Part shown: positions 63,193 to 64,000 of the stretch, one piece after another
Position numbering within the stretch: the first letter of the stretch is position 1
Layout of the letters: each line of letters starts with the position of its first letter
Source: Eubacteriales bacterium
GTDB lineage: Bacteria; Bacillota; Clostridia; Tissierellales; Dethiosulfatibacteraceae
Assembly (NCBI GenBank): GCA_046482875.1
Contig: JAWOEG010000019.1
Span: 9,605 to 73,604, forward strand
Reading direction: 5' to 3'
Length of the DNA: 64,000 nt
The notes under the pieces: model-generated
Database searches by the model: none
Told to the model about the DNA's origin: nothing
Seen by the model: only the letters and a program-made list of their open reading frames with translations
Made by a program: the position numbers and the translations under genes

Positions 63193-64000
63193 ATGACAAA
63201 AATTTGGGATGATATACCTGAAATAAAAAATGAGTTAGAAGATGTACAGGATATTATTATTAAAAATTTAAAAACTAAAAATACAAAATCAATTGAAAAA
63301 GTTATAGATCATTTACTAAAAGCTAACGGCAAAAGAGTAAGAGCTGGACTTTTAATTTTAGCTGCAAAAATGGGAGAATATAATAGAGATAGGATACTAC
63401 CATTAGCTGCTTCTATTGAAATGATTCACCTGGCTACCTTGGTACATGATGATATAATTGATGATGCTGATACAAGAAGAGGAATTGATAGTATACAGTG
63501 TAAATTTGGAAAAGATTCTGCTGTATACACTGGAGACTTTATCTTTGCAAAAGCATATAGACTATTAGCAGGAGACTATGATTTAGAAGAAAATCGCATA
63601 ACCGACGGGATGGAAAAGGTATGTCTTGGAGAAGTATTTCAAAACGAAAACAAGTTTAATACAGACATAACAGTTAGAAAATACTTAAGAATTATTTCGG
63701 GAAAAACTGCGGCCATGTTTGGTTTGTCTATGTATGCTGGGTCATTCGAATCTAAATTAGGCAACTATAAATCTAGAGTCATTGGATATTCAGGATATTA
63801 TGCTGGTATGGCATTTCAAATCATAGATGACTGCATGGATTACACTAATTCCCTTGATAAAATGGGTAAAAATACTAGGGTTGATCTTTTTAATGGTATA
63901 TATACATTACCTATAATATATGCAGTAAAAAATGATGCAGATAACAACATTAAAAATATTTTAAATAAGAAAAACATTAATGAAGACCATGTCAAAAAGA
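63193..64000 (+). CDS. trans-polyprenyl diphosphate synthase (HepT/DmkB-like), 3' end beyond the window
   Basis: The first aspartate-rich motif is LATLVHDDIIDDADTRRG, and the second, FQIIDDCMD, also lies within the window. The ORF is open to the window edge. Confidence 0.85.
   Translation, partial: MTKIWDDIPEIKNELEDVQDIIIKNLKTKNTKSIEKVIDHLLKANGKRVRAGLLILAAKMGEYNRDRILPLAASIEMIHLATLVHDDIIDDADTRRGIDSIQCKFGKDSAVYTGDFIFAKAYRLLAGDYDLEENRITDGMEKVCLGEVFQNENKFNTDITVRKYLRIISGKTAAMFGLSMYAGSFESKLGNYKSRVIGYSGYYAGMAFQIIDDCMDYTNSLDKMGKNTRVDLFNGIYTLPIIYAVKNDADNNIKNILNKKNINEDHVKK

Noticed and set aside
1-64000. Search for CRISPR arrays, tRNA/rRNA genes, IS elements, integrases and prophage or plasmid modules
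   Set aside because: I saw no regularly spaced direct repeats, no cloverleaf-like or rRNA-like conserved segments in the intergenic regions, and no transposase- or recombinase-like ORFs. The only repeats found are the in-gene 21-bp tandem repeat, the 22-nt domain-duplication repeat and the GC-rich low-complexity repeat.

Overview
The window is a visibly AT-rich, low-GC Firmicutes (Clostridia/Tissierellia-like) chromosomal segment. It is densely packed with core metabolism and information-processing genes, and I found no rRNA, tRNA, CRISPR array, transposase, integrase or prophage signature. In order, the content is as follows. (1) The 3' end of gap, then a T-box leader, a small membrane ORF and valS. 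(2) A guanine-type purine riboswitch followed by xpt and a BMP-family nucleoside ABC transporter. (3) A patatin-like lipase, a PHP phosphatase and an amidohydrolase. (4) A nine-gene de novo purine operon, purL-K-E-C-F-M-N-H-D. (5) SanA-like and NYN/LOTUS proteins. (6) A PyrR-type attenuator followed by a uracil permease, then a HAD nucleotidase-like gene and a PAS-GGDEF protein. (7) radA-carD-yacL-ispD-ispF. (8) A Pro T-box followed by an archaeal-type proS and a second, catalytically degenerate bacterial-type ProRS paralog. (9) A DUF4015 lipoprotein, asd, and a T-box followed by cysE. (10) An FAH-family gene, a small alarmone synthetase and tldD-pmbA. (11) A Fur-box-controlled Cys-rich membrane peptide. 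(12) A DUF134/NifX-like/MinD-ferredoxin ATPase cluster. (13) secA, prfB with its +1 frameshift, and tex. (14) At the 3' end, a locus resembling the flavin-based extracellular electron transfer (EET) system: ApbE/FmnB-like, a two-domain PplA-like lipoprotein, a long Ndh2 with a membrane C-terminus, and a polyprenyl synthase. The three candidates most worth follow-up are the tandem ProRS pair (a likely trans-editing pseudo-synthetase), the uncharacterised DUF134-NifX-MinD/ferredoxin cluster next to the Fur-regulated peptide, and the EET-like locus with its atypical motifs and insertion. All calls come from reading the sequence and the translated ORFs. No database search was run.
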